Source: Burkholderiaceae bacterium (GTDB lineage Bacteria; Pseudomonadota; Gammaproteobacteria; Burkholderiales; Burkholderiaceae_F). From it: a stretch of 64,000 nucleotides of DNA. Within the stretch, counting starts at the first letter, position 1; each line of letters starts with the position of its first letter. Below, piece by piece: positions 1 to 8,461 of this stretch. A program made the translations under genes and the position numbers. The stretch is from contig DASZFP010000022.1 in assembly GCA_035939615.1 (NCBI GenBank), positions 8,912-72,911 on the forward strand, written 5' to 3'. Below the pieces are notes generated by a model, which was not told where the DNA came from, did not search any database, and saw nothing but the letters and a program-made list of their open reading frames with translations.

Positions 1-747
1 ACGTTTACCAGCGTTTGGTGCCGTGTCGCCGGTGAAGCGAAGCTCGGCCTGGGGCGCAGCGATGAGGCTGTGGTCTGGCTGCGCCGGGCGGTCGACGCCA
101 ATCCGATGTATGCGATGGCTCAATTCATTCTGGCTGCGGCTCTGGCGCAGCAAGGCAAGAACGCCGAAGCGCGGGCGGCCGCGGGGGCAGGTCTTACGAT
201 CCATCCGAGTTTCAGCCTGCGTCGATTTCGCGAAGCCTCCTACAGCGACCACCCGACCTACCTGGCCTACCGGGAGCATATCTATCGGGGCCTGCTCAAA
301 GCGGGGGTGCCGTCGGACAAGGACGAATCGGTGCCGGCGCACACGGCGCCGCCGGTGCCGGACCTTGGTGCTCCGACCTCGCAGAGCGCGTGCTCGTTCG
401 AGGACTTCGCCGCTGCGCTGAAGAACGCACTGCGCGACTACAGCCGCGTCGACCTGCTCACTGCCAATCCGTTGCTGCGCTCGCGCCTGATGGCGGCGCG
501 GGGGCACTCCCACGCCACCGGCTTGCAGGCGCTGCTCTCGGAGACCGTCGATACCTTGTTCGCGAGCCCGCGCGACGAGAAGCTGCGACGCGTCATCGAA
601 TTGACCTATTTCCGCCCCGCGCCGAAGCAGGAGGCCGCGGCGGATCGGCTGGGCCTGTCCTTCAGCACATACCGGCGCCACCTGACGACCGCGCTCGGCC
701 GTCTGGCACGCTGGCTATGGGACCAGGAACGACGACGGCCGGCGTAG
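1..747 (+). CDS. TolB_N/TPR-family regulator paralogue, C-terminal part only (5' end lies outside the window)
   Basis: Frame 1 is open from nt 1 (TFTSVWCRVAGEAKLGLG...). It aligns almost residue for residue with the C-terminal ~250 aa of the 1977..3620 product (VWCRVAGEAKL, DHPTYLA/DDPTYLA, ETVDTLFASPRDEKLRRVIELTYFRPAPKQEAAADRLGLSF.TYRR). It ends in a sigma70-region-4-like HTH. Confidence 0.75.
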   Translation, partial: TFTSVWCRVAGEAKLGLGRSDEAVVWLRRAVDANPMYAMAQFILAAALAQQGKNAEARAAAGAGLTIHPSFSLRRFREASYSDHPTYLAYREHIYRGLLKAGVPSDKDESVPAHTAPPVPDLGAPTSQSACSFEDFAAALKNALRDYSRVDLLTANPLLRSRLMAARGHSHATGLQALLSETVDTLFASPRDEKLRRVIELTYFRPAPKQEAAADRLGLSFSTYRRHLTTALGRLARWLWDQERRRPA

Positions 748-1241
748 GCCGGATCGACTGTTCCGATTTAAACCAGGCCCGCGAAAGGCGCGCGAGCTCG
801 GCAGCACCGGAGCCGACGTAGTGAGCCCCGACGAAGACGGGCGGCAGCAGCAGCACCAGTACGAACAACAGGTCGTCACGGTGACGGGCGCGATAAACGT
901 TCATTTGAGACCTCGCAGGATCAGACTGACTCGAGGCGAAGAATGACCCAACGCGGTGCTCAGATGCGACCGCAAAAGCTGCTCGAGATCCGCTCACGGG
1001 CGAGCGGCAGTTGACGGCATCGGTTCACTCAAAAGATGCTCGAGATCCGCTCAGGCCGGCGGCAGCGTCGCGAAAGGGCCTCGCAGGTAAGGCTCCGGAC
1101 CGGTGCCCGCGAGTGCAGACCGAGCAGAGATCGAGTTGCCATTGGTCTGTCAAGTGGGCAGCCGACTGCCCGATCATGGTCTGCATCAAGCGCACCGATC
1201 GCGATGCGCTTCAGTGAACGCTCAGTGGTGACGGAGCCAAG

Positions 1242-1961
1242 ATGCAGAAAACCTGGTTTATCACGGGCGCCAGCCGGGGGCTCGGTGCACAAATAGCCAA
1301 GACCGCTATTCGGGCCGGGGATCGGGTCGTCGCTACGGCCCGACGGCGAGAGGCTGTCATCGAGGGCCTCGGCCCGGACAGCAATCAGCTTTTGAGCGTG
1401 GGCCTCGATGTCGTCGACGGCGGTCAGGCCAGAGCGGCGGTGCGAACCGCCCTGGCGCGATTTGGCACGATCGATGTACTGGTGAACAACGCACGTTGCG
1501 GCTGTCTGGGATTCTTCGAAGAAAATGCGATCCAGGACACCCAGGCCCAGTTCACGACCAATCTGTTCGGTGTCTTCAACCTCACCTGGGCGGTGCTGCC
1601 GACGTTGCGCTTCGCTCGCACCGGGCGGATCTTCAACATTTCCTCGTTTGGCGGCGTCCCCGGCGCGGAACTGGGCCCGCTCTACAGCGCCGGCAAGTTC
1701 GCGCTCGAATGCTTCTCGCAGTGCCTGTCGAAGGAGATCGCACGGTTCGGACTTTCGGTGACCATCGTCGAGCCCGGTCGCGAACAGCGCAATGGTCACC
1801 ACCCGGTCGCTGATGCCAGGCTTGCGCAGGCGATCGCGAATCTGGTCGACGAGGCCGAGCCACCGACCCGCTTTTTCGCCGGATCGGTTGGCCTCGATCC
1901 GGAACAGGTGAGGCTGGCTGATGCCCAGGCCGAGCTCGCAGTTGGCGCCGGCTTTCCGTGA
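1242..1961 (+). CDS. Short-chain dehydrogenase/reductase (classical SDR), apparently shortened after the VEPG strand
   Basis: TGASRGLG cofactor motif, NNA motif, and YSAGK catalytic Y-x3-K. The segment after TIVEPG looks about 25-35 aa shorter than I expect for this SDR subgroup. Confidence 0.8.
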   Translation: MQKTWFITGASRGLGAQIAKTAIRAGDRVVATARRREAVIEGLGPDSNQLLSVGLDVVDGGQARAAVRTALARFGTIDVLVNNARCGCLGFFEENAIQDTQAQFTTNLFGVFNLTWAVLPTLRFARTGRIFNISSFGGVPGAELGPLYSAGKFALECFSQCLSKEIARFGLSVTIVEPGREQRNGHHPVADARLAQAIANLVDEAEPPTRFFAGSVGLDPEQVRLADAQAELAVGAGFP

Positions 1962-1976
1962 GCGACGGCCCCGCCC

Positions 1977-3620
1977 GTGGTCGATGCCCCGCGCCTTTCC
2001 ATCGTGGTGTTGCCCTTCGTCGACGTGCGCGGACTTGCCGAGCACGAGTACTTCGTCGACGGTATCACCGAGAGCCTGACGACTGATCTGTCGCGGATTC
2101 CGGACGCGTTCGTGATTGCCTGCAACACCGCCTTCACCTACAAAGGCAAGGCGGTGGACGTCAAGCAGGTTGGGCGCGAGCTGGGCGTGCGTTACGCGCT
2201 CGAAGGCAGCGTCCAGTACGGCGAGCGCCAGCTCCGAGTCAACGTCCGACTGGTGGACAGCGAGACTGGGACCCAGGTCTGGGCCGAACGCTTCGATCTG
2301 AGCTGCGCGGAGCTGTTCGAAATGCAGGACACGATCGTCGCTCACCTGGCCCGGGCGATGGACGCACAGCTGACGGAGGCCGAAGCACGGCGCGCGGAGC
2401 GCGTGCAGTCAACAGATCCGGATGCGCTCGACCTCGTGTTGCGCGGCTGGGCCGCTCTGAACCGGGGCCACGATCCGGCGAATCTGCTGCTGGCCGAGCG
2501 CTTCTTCGAAGAAGCCCTGGCGCTCGCACCGAACGATGTCAAGGCGCTCATCGGCCTGGCCAGCGTCAAGTTCTTGTTTGCGGCCACCTACACCACGGAC
2601 GACCGGGCGACCTGTCTGATCGTAGCCGAGGCGGCCGCCATGAAGGCGCTGGCGCTGGCGCCCAACAACGCTCGCGCGCACGGCGCCTTGGCGAGGGTTT
2701 ACATGGCCACCCAGCGGGCCGCCATGGGCATCGCGCAGGCCGAGCATTCCATCGCGCTCGATCGAAACCTGGCCCCTTCTTACTCGGCCATCGGTTGGGC
2801 CAAGCCAATGCTGGGACGCGCGGAAGAAACCGAGGGCCACATTGTCCAGGCGTTTCGTCTAAGCCCGCGCGATACGCTCACCAGCGTCTGGTGCCGTGTT
2901 GCGGGCGAAGCGAAGCTCGCTCTGGGGCGCGACGATGAGGCGGTCGCCTGGCTGCGCCGCGCGGTCGAGGCCAATCGAATGTATTCGATGGGCCAGTTCA
3001 CCCTTGCCGCGGCCCTGGCACATCAAGGCAAGACCGCCGAGGCGCGCCAGGCGGCGGCCGAGGGCCTTGCATCCAATCCCACCTTCACCGTCCGCCGTTA
3101 CCGCGATGGCGCATCCAGCGACGACCCGACCTACCTGGCCGGCCGTCGGTATATCTACGAGGGCATGCTCAAGGCGGGATTGCCCGCGGACATCGATGAG
3201 TCGGCGCGGGCCAGGACGGCCGTACCGCTGCTGACCTTCAGCTCGCCGTCCGCCCCGACCGCGTGGTCGTTCCCGGAGTTCACGGCAGCGCTGAAGGGCG
3301 CGTTGCGCAATTACAGCCGGCTCGACCTGCTCGCCGGCAGTCCGCTGCTGCGCTCGCGGCTGATGGCCACGCGCGGCCGCGCCGATGCGGCCAACTTGCA
3401 GGCGCTGCTGTCCGAGACGGTCGACACCCTGTTCGCGAGCCCACGCGACGAGAAGCTGCGGCGCGTGATCGAACTCACCTATTTCCGCCCCGCGCCGAAG
3501 CAGGAGGCCGCGGCGGACCGGCTCGGCCTGTCCTTCGGCACCTATCGACGCTGCCTGACGACCGCGCTCAGGCGCCTGTCACGGTGGCTTTGGGATCAGG
3601 AAAAGGGGAACGCTGGATGA
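1977..3620 (+). CDS. TolB_N-like module + TPR repeats + C-terminal sigma70-region-4-like HTH regulator
   Basis: GTG start 16 nt after the SDR stop. SIVVLPFVD...YFVDGITESLTTDLSR...VGRELGVRYALEGSV...WAERFD is the module usually annotated as the TolB amino-terminal domain in CadC/cyclase-type regulators. A long TPR region follows. The C-terminus LRRVIELTYFRPAPKQEAAADRLGLSFGTYRRCLTTALRRLSRWLW reads as an HTH. Confidence 0.8.
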   Translation: MVDAPRLSIVVLPFVDVRGLAEHEYFVDGITESLTTDLSRIPDAFVIACNTAFTYKGKAVDVKQVGRELGVRYALEGSVQYGERQLRVNVRLVDSETGTQVWAERFDLSCAELFEMQDTIVAHLARAMDAQLTEAEARRAERVQSTDPDALDLVLRGWAALNRGHDPANLLLAERFFEEALALAPNDVKALIGLASVKFLFAATYTTDDRATCLIVAEAAAMKALALAPNNARAHGALARVYMATQRAAMGIAQAEHSIALDRNLAPSYSAIGWAKPMLGRAEETEGHIVQAFRLSPRDTLTSVWCRVAGEAKLALGRDDEAVAWLRRAVEANRMYSMGQFTLAAALAHQGKTAEARQAAAEGLASNPTFTVRRYRDGASSDDPTYLAGRRYIYEGMLKAGLPADIDESARARTAVPLLTFSSPSAPTAWSFPEFTAALKGALRNYSRLDLLAGSPLLRSRLMATRGRADAANLQALLSETVDTLFASPRDEKLRRVIELTYFRPAPKQEAAADRLGLSFGTYRRCLTTALRRLSRWLWDQEKGNAG

Positions 3621-3728
3621 ACGCGGACCAAGCAAAGATCGAGCACGTTTTGCGCTCAAATCTGAGCAATCCATTGGGCCATGCTGCGCCCGGAACACGT
3701 CGCAACTGCAACCAAAGGAGAGCACAGC

Positions 3729-4406
3729 ATGAACCGACGCTACGTTGCCAGACGGGCGAAGCTTCCGCTGCCCCTCGTCATCGCGGCAGCCATCCTGGCT
3801 GCACTGGTGCACGTCAGGGCCGAGGCCGACGATTCTGAATCGGGTGACCCGAGAATCCAGCGGGGCCTTCAGGCGGCACCGGTGCCGTTGAACCTTCAGG
3901 GCAGGGAGGTCTCAATGGTCGGTCTGGGAAGCTATCTGGTCAATGTCGCCGCCGCTTGCAACGATTGTCACAGCGCCGGCCCGGCAACGCAGTACGCGGC
4001 CGGCGGAAATCCGTTCTTCGGCCAGCCGAAGATCGTAAACCAGGCAACCTACCTGGGCGGCGGCCTTGACTTCGGCCCCCTGGTCCCGGCAGGTACTCAC
4101 ATCGTCTCGCGCAACTTGACGCCCGACAAGACCGGCCGGCCCGAGGGAGGGCGCACCCTGGCGGAATTTGTCCACATCCTGGTGACCGGTGAGGACCTGG
4201 ATCATCTGCATCCGCCATGCTCGGCGAACGTAACGCAGAATTGCCTTCCCCCGCCGTTCGATGGCAATCTTCTTCAGATCATGCCCTGGCCGGCGTTTCA
4301 GCGCATGACGATGCACGACATGGAAGCCATTTACGAGTATTTAAGCGCCATCCCCTGCATCGCGGGTCCTCCGGCCCCGAGCATATTGCACAACGATTGC
4401 CCCTGA
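3729..4406 (+). CDS. Secreted mono-haem cytochrome c family protein
   Basis: SD aaaggag lies 8 nt upstream of ATG 3729. Signal-like N-terminus (RRAKLPLPLVIAAAILAALVHVRA) and a single CxxCH motif (CNDCH). Confidence 0.75.
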   Translation: MNRRYVARRAKLPLPLVIAAAILAALVHVRAEADDSESGDPRIQRGLQAAPVPLNLQGREVSMVGLGSYLVNVAAACNDCHSAGPATQYAAGGNPFFGQPKIVNQATYLGGGLDFGPLVPAGTHIVSRNLTPDKTGRPEGGRTLAEFVHILVTGEDLDHLHPPCSANVTQNCLPPPFDGNLLQIMPWPAFQRMTMHDMEAIYEYLSAIPCIAGPPAPSILHNDCP

Positions 4407-4425
4407 GCGCTCGATCAGGATCTCG

Positions 4426-5175
4426 CTACTGACCCTTCGCGGGAGCGCCCGGAACGACCGCCGCCACGCCGTCCGGGTTGATGTTGAACGCGATAAAGGT
4501 CAAGGGCATGTCACCCGGATTTCCCCACTGATGCACCAGACCGAACGGTTCGTAGATCAGGGAACCCGGAGGCTTTGCGTCCGACTTGTCTTCGACCGTG
4601 TTCAGGCCTGTTCCGGAGATGATGTAGTAGAGCGCCGCGCCGGATCGATGGTGCGGCGCGTTCGATGGCATCTGCGCCGGAAATGTGACACGCGTCAAGG
4701 TGAGGTCATAGACGCCGGGTTTCAGCGCGGGAAGGGGCGCGGCGGTTCGATACAGCTCCTTCACCACAGCGGGCGGCGCTTCGAGCGGTTTATCGAGATC
4801 CGCGCCTGGCGCGAGCAGGAAGTGCAGCAACGTGGAAGGTGCGCCGTTGCCCGCCTTCAAGGTCGCTGCGCTGCCGCTGGCGATGTACAGCCCCTCGCCC
4901 GGGCCCAGTGTCTTGACCTCGCCGCCGACCGAGACCTCGGTCGACCCCGATAGCTGGTAGACGATCCCGTTGGTGGGCGAAACGCGGCTGCTCGCCCCCG
5001 AGGCCAGGGTGACGCTGACGGCCTTGAAGTGCAGCGGTTTATCCACCACCGTTGGCAGCTTGGTGGAGGCCACGACCGTTCGAGTAATGGCCGGTGCAGC
5101 CGGTGGGGTCTGTCCCGTGGCCGGGCCCAGTGCCGCCGCGCAAGCCAGGAAACTTCCGATGATCGAGAATCGCAT
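4426..5175 (-). CDS. Secreted bicupin-like protein
   Basis: SD gaggaggg precedes ATG 5175. Signal peptide MRFSIIGSFLACAAALGPATG. Two cupin-like halves (GEGLYIASG... and HHRSGAALYYIISGTG...GLVHQWGN). Confidence 0.7.
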   Translation of the reverse strand: MRFSIIGSFLACAAALGPATGQTPPAAPAITRTVVASTKLPTVVDKPLHFKAVSVTLASGASSRVSPTNGIVYQLSGSTEVSVGGEVKTLGPGEGLYIASGSAATLKAGNGAPSTLLHFLLAPGADLDKPLEAPPAVVKELYRTAAPLPALKPGVYDLTLTRVTFPAQMPSNAPHHRSGAALYYIISGTGLNTVEDKSDAKPPGSLIYEPFGLVHQWGNPGDMPLTFIAFNINPDGVAAVVPGAPAKGQ

Positions 5176-5198
5176 GTGCCCTCCTCAGGCGCAGCCGC

Positions 5199-6137
5199 CT
5201 AGTTAATGCGCATCGCCGCCGGGTACGCCAACGCCGTTGTCCGGATACCTTCGGCGTACGCGGTGGGTTGAAAACCGAAAGCCATCGAGAACTTGGTCGA
5301 ATCGAACAGGTACTCCGAATCGCTCTGGTAGAGCATCTCGTAGATCTCTCGGACGTCGGAATTGAAGAAGCCGGCAATCTTGATCATCGGCCGGCCGAGC
5401 ACGCGATACCGGGGCTCGGCTCCAAACTCCCTGGCAGCCATCCTGATGAAATCCTTTCCGGTCGGCGGATTCGATGCCGTCGGGACATGCCAGGTCTGAT
5501 TCCAGGCCGAGTCGGAATGAGCCAGCAAGGCGAGAGACTTGCCGGCATCCGGCGTATAGGTGAACGAGTGTGGCACGGAATCGTCGACGAGCCAGGAGGG
5601 CGTCGCACGCTTGGCGAGTTTGTCGAACACCAGGACGCTGGCGACGCTGGTTGCGGCACCGGGGCCGTAAAAGTCCGCCGATCGCGCGATCATCGCCGTC
5701 AGCGTGCCGGCTTTGAACTCGTTGATCAGCATGGTGGCAATCCGAGCGCGGATCTCGCCCTTGCTGCTGCACGGATTGAAGGGGGTCTGCTCGGTCATGG
5801 GGCCGCTCACTTTTCCGTACATGTAGACGTTGTCAAAGAAGATCAATTTTGCGCCCGCCCGCTTGCAGGCCTCGATGGCGTTGCTCATGATGGGAGGCCA
5901 CAACTCGCGCCAGAGTCGAACATCGTATTTCAGGCCGACCAGCAGGTACACGACGGCCGAACCGGAAACGGCGCGCATCGTCTGATCGAGGTTCGACAGG
6001 TCTGCGCGCACCGCTTCGGCGGCGCCCTGAACCAGCCTGGCATCTCGACTGACCAGGCGCACGGGTTGCCCCGTGTGGGCCAGCTCCTTGAGCAACTCCG
6101 TGCCGATGACGCCGCCGGCCCCCAGTATCGTGTGCAT
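5199..6137 (-). CDS. NAD(P)-binding epimerase/dehydratase-family protein
   Basis: The Rossmann motif ILGAGGVIG follows directly after ATG 6137, which has SD gggagagg. The tracked ORF extends to 6299, but the extra 54 aa look non-coding. Confidence 0.8.
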   Translation of the reverse strand: MHTILGAGGVIGTELLKELAHTGQPVRLVSRDARLVQGAAEAVRADLSNLDQTMRAVSGSAVVYLLVGLKYDVRLWRELWPPIMSNAIEACKRAGAKLIFFDNVYMYGKVSGPMTEQTPFNPCSSKGEIRARIATMLINEFKAGTLTAMIARSADFYGPGAATSVASVLVFDKLAKRATPSWLVDDSVPHSFTYTPDAGKSLALLAHSDSAWNQTWHVPTASNPPTGKDFIRMAAREFGAEPRYRVLGRPMIKIAGFFNSDVREIYEMLYQSDSEYLFDSTKFSMAFGFQPTAYAEGIRTTALAYPAAMRIN

Positions 6138-6247
6138 ACAGCCTCTCCCTGTCGGCGCTTCGCCCACCTCGCGAAGCGGATCGCTTTCAACGCGGCCGCA
6201 GCCTGATGCCCGCAATATAATGCGGCGGCGCAGGCGAGGACTCATCC

Positions 6248-6814
6248 ATGGAATGGGAAAGATGGCCCCTGTACGTTCAGAGACGCTATGCGCTGGCAAA
6301 AGCGCACCTGAGGAATCCGGGTAGCGTCTGTTGCGAGCCCCTGGGCGAACACGAGAGCGTCGAGGCCAGGGAAGTGGTGGATTGGATCTACGGGGTGCTT
6401 TCGATACTTGACGCGAAGGCGTCCACGTTGATGAGGCTCGACGGCGTATTGATCGCCGCCGCCGCCTTTCTGCTGGGGCTTTTTGGTCGACCCGAATCGA
6501 TTTTATCGACGACCCGGCCGGATGCCATACTCGTGATCCTGGCGGCCTGCCTGTCGGCGCTTTCGCTTTTTCTGTGCCTGTTCGTGGCGAATATCAGCTG
6601 GGGCTTCCTCGGCAGGGTGACGAAGAACCGCGGCAACCGGACCTTCGAATTTGCCCGCGAGATTCAGTCGCTGGACCGGGCGATGAGGTTCCGGCAGACC
6701 GTGTATCAGCTGGCCTGGCTGGTGTCGCTGATCGCTTCGATCGGATTTTTTCTGGAGTTCCTGATGCAAGCGCGGCACGTCGTCGGCTTCGTTTTTTCGA
6801 GCGCGACCCAATGA
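6248..6814 (+). CDS. Three-TM membrane protein, tentatively DUF5706/PycTM-like
   Basis: A cytosolic ~60 aa segment precedes the motif WIYGVLSILDAKASTLMRLDGVLIAAAAFLLGLF. Two further hydrophobic helices follow. The stop codon overlaps the ATG of cdd (ATGA). Confidence 0.6.
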   Translation: MEWERWPLYVQRRYALAKAHLRNPGSVCCEPLGEHESVEAREVVDWIYGVLSILDAKASTLMRLDGVLIAAAAFLLGLFGRPESILSTTRPDAILVILAACLSALSLFLCLFVANISWGFLGRVTKNRGNRTFEFAREIQSLDRAMRFRQTVYQLAWLVSLIASIGFFLEFLMQARHVVGFVFSSATQ

Positions 6815-7356
6815 AAGCCGTGAAGGAGACGAAACGCTCGAGCTCCGTGAAGCCGGAGTCCAGGCCGCGCCTGACGCTGCTGAAGGGAAGCAAGCGCCCC
6901 ACCGTCGAAAAGGGGCCACAGAAGCCGCCGCTGGCGCTGCTGAAGGCCGCGCGCGATGTGGCCAGCCATGCGTATGCGCCGTACTCGAAGTTCCGGGTGG
7001 GCGCGGCGGTTGAGACATCCGACGGCCGCACGTTCGTCGGGGCCAACATGGAAAACGCCTCCTACGGCGTAACGATGTGCGCCGAGGTCGGTGCGCTGCA
7101 GGCGGCGTCCTCGGCCGGAGCCCTGGACAAGATACGGCGCATTGCAGTCGTCGGGGGCCCCGAAAGGCCTGCAGCTGGCCGCCGGCCCAAGCCGACCGCA
7201 CCGTGCGGGCGGTGCCGGCAACTCATTTCGGAGGCAGCGATGCACGCAGGCCACGACATCGAGGTCTGGTACGCAGATCTGGACGGAAAGGTCGTGCAGC
7301 GGCGCACGATCACCGAGCTGTTGCCGGACGCCTTCGATGCCAGCAATCTGAAGTGA
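6811..7356 (+). CDS. cdd: Cytidine deaminase with a ~45-aa basic N-terminal extension
   Basis: YAPYSKFRVGAA, the CAE zinc/catalytic motif (VTMCAEVGAL) and PCGRCRQ. ATG 6811 overlaps the upstream TGA (6812-6814). Confidence 0.85.
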   Translation: MKAVKETKRSSSVKPESRPRLTLLKGSKRPTVEKGPQKPPLALLKAARDVASHAYAPYSKFRVGAAVETSDGRTFVGANMENASYGVTMCAEVGALQAASSAGALDKIRRIAVVGGPERPAAGRRPKPTAPCGRCRQLISEAAMHAGHDIEVWYADLDGKVVQRRTITELLPDAFDASNLK

Positions 7357-7374
7357 GGGAGCGCTACCCCTCAC
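7353..7374. terminator. Hairpin between convergent cdd and the RND adaptor gene
   Basis: gtgaggg (7353-7359) pairs with ccctcac (7368-7374). The hairpin spans both stop codons. There is no U-run. Confidence 0.35.
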
Positions 7375-8461
7375 CGCCCCTGGGCGGGGTTCGGTCCGCG
7401 GCGGGATGAGGGTCCGTGATGATGATCTGCTGTCCCGGCTCCAGCCGCTCGGCGCCGCGCACCACGAGGCGGTCGCCCGCCGACACACCGGTGCGGATTT
7501 CGACCAGGTCGTCCACGGCGCTGCCGGACTCGACCTCGCGGCGCTCGACCGTTCCGTTCTGCACCACGCGCATTACGTACGAGTGCGGCTGCCGGATCAC
7601 GATCGCGTCGCGCGGAACGACCACGGCGGTGCGGTCGGCGCCGGTGGCCACGCTGACCTCAAGCGCCGTTCCGACCGGCCAGCGCGTTTTGCCGAGCGCG
7701 ACCCGGATCTCGAACTGGCGCGAATGGTCGTCCCCGACCGGTACCACCGCGCGCACCGTGCCGCGCCGCTCCTCGCCCGCAACCCGCAACGAGGCGGCCT
7801 GACCCGGCTTCACGTTGCCCGCGAAAGCCAGCGCGGCGGTCGCGCGCGCCTCCACGTCTTCGGTGTTGACCAGCCGGACCACGGACGCGCCGACCTGCAG
7901 ATATTCTCCGCGCTGCGCGAAACGCTCGGTCACGACACCGGGAAACGGCGCACGAATCACGGATTGCTCCGTTTCGTATTTGGCCTGGTTCAATTGCGCC
8001 GTCAGCCGCGCGACGTCGTGCTGGGCCATCTCCAGCTGGGTGCGCGCCTCATCGAGCTGGCTGACGGGGTAGATCTTCGCCGCGCTCTGAAAACGCTCCA
8101 GCTGATTGTGCGACAGCTGCGCCTGCGACTGGGCACGCTCGACCTGCGCCTGCAGATCCGCGACCCGAAGCGCCACCACCGTGTCGTCCAGGCGCGCCAG
8201 TGCGGCGCCTGCGCTGACCCGTTGTCCGACCTCGGCGATCCACACGACGCGCCCGGCCACGATGCCGGCGATGCGTGCGTCGTCCCGGCTGACGATGGAG
8301 CCGGGAATCCAGGTGTGCGGTGCCACGTGCGCCGTGCGCGCGGTGGCCACCTCGACGGTGACCGGGGCCGATTGAGCCGGGCCGGCCCCGAGCGCGGATG
8401 AAACGGCGGCCGCCGCGGCCACCGGCGCCAGCCATCTGGCAATCCTCAGCCCGAGCATCAT
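7364..8461 (-). CDS. RND efflux periplasmic adaptor (HlyD/AcrA-type MFP)
   Basis: Signal-like N-terminus MMLGLRIARWLAPVAAAAAV. Coiled-coil segment plus IRAPFPGVVTER lipoyl/barrel pattern. The ATG start overlaps the TGA of the upstream pump gene. Confidence 0.85.
   Translation of the reverse strand: MMLGLRIARWLAPVAAAAAVSSALGAGPAQSAPVTVEVATARTAHVAPHTWIPGSIVSRDDARIAGIVAGRVVWIAEVGQRVSAGAALARLDDTVVALRVADLQAQVERAQSQAQLSHNQLERFQSAAKIYPVSQLDEARTQLEMAQHDVARLTAQLNQAKYETEQSVIRAPFPGVVTERFAQRGEYLQVGASVVRLVNTEDVEARATAALAFAGNVKPGQAASLRVAGEERRGTVRAVVPVGDDHSRQFEIRVALGKTRWPVGTALEVSVATGADRTAVVVPRDAIVIRQPHSYVMRVVQNGTVERREVESGSAVDDLVEIRTGVSAGDRLVVRGAERLEPGQQIIITDPHPAADRTPPRGGEG

Noticed and set aside
662-997. 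A 111-aa minus-strand ORF with one hydrophobic stretch in the 748-1241 gap
   Set aside because: It overlaps the 3' end of the convergent regulator gene by 86 nt. It has no SD and no recognisable motif, so there is not enough support to call it.
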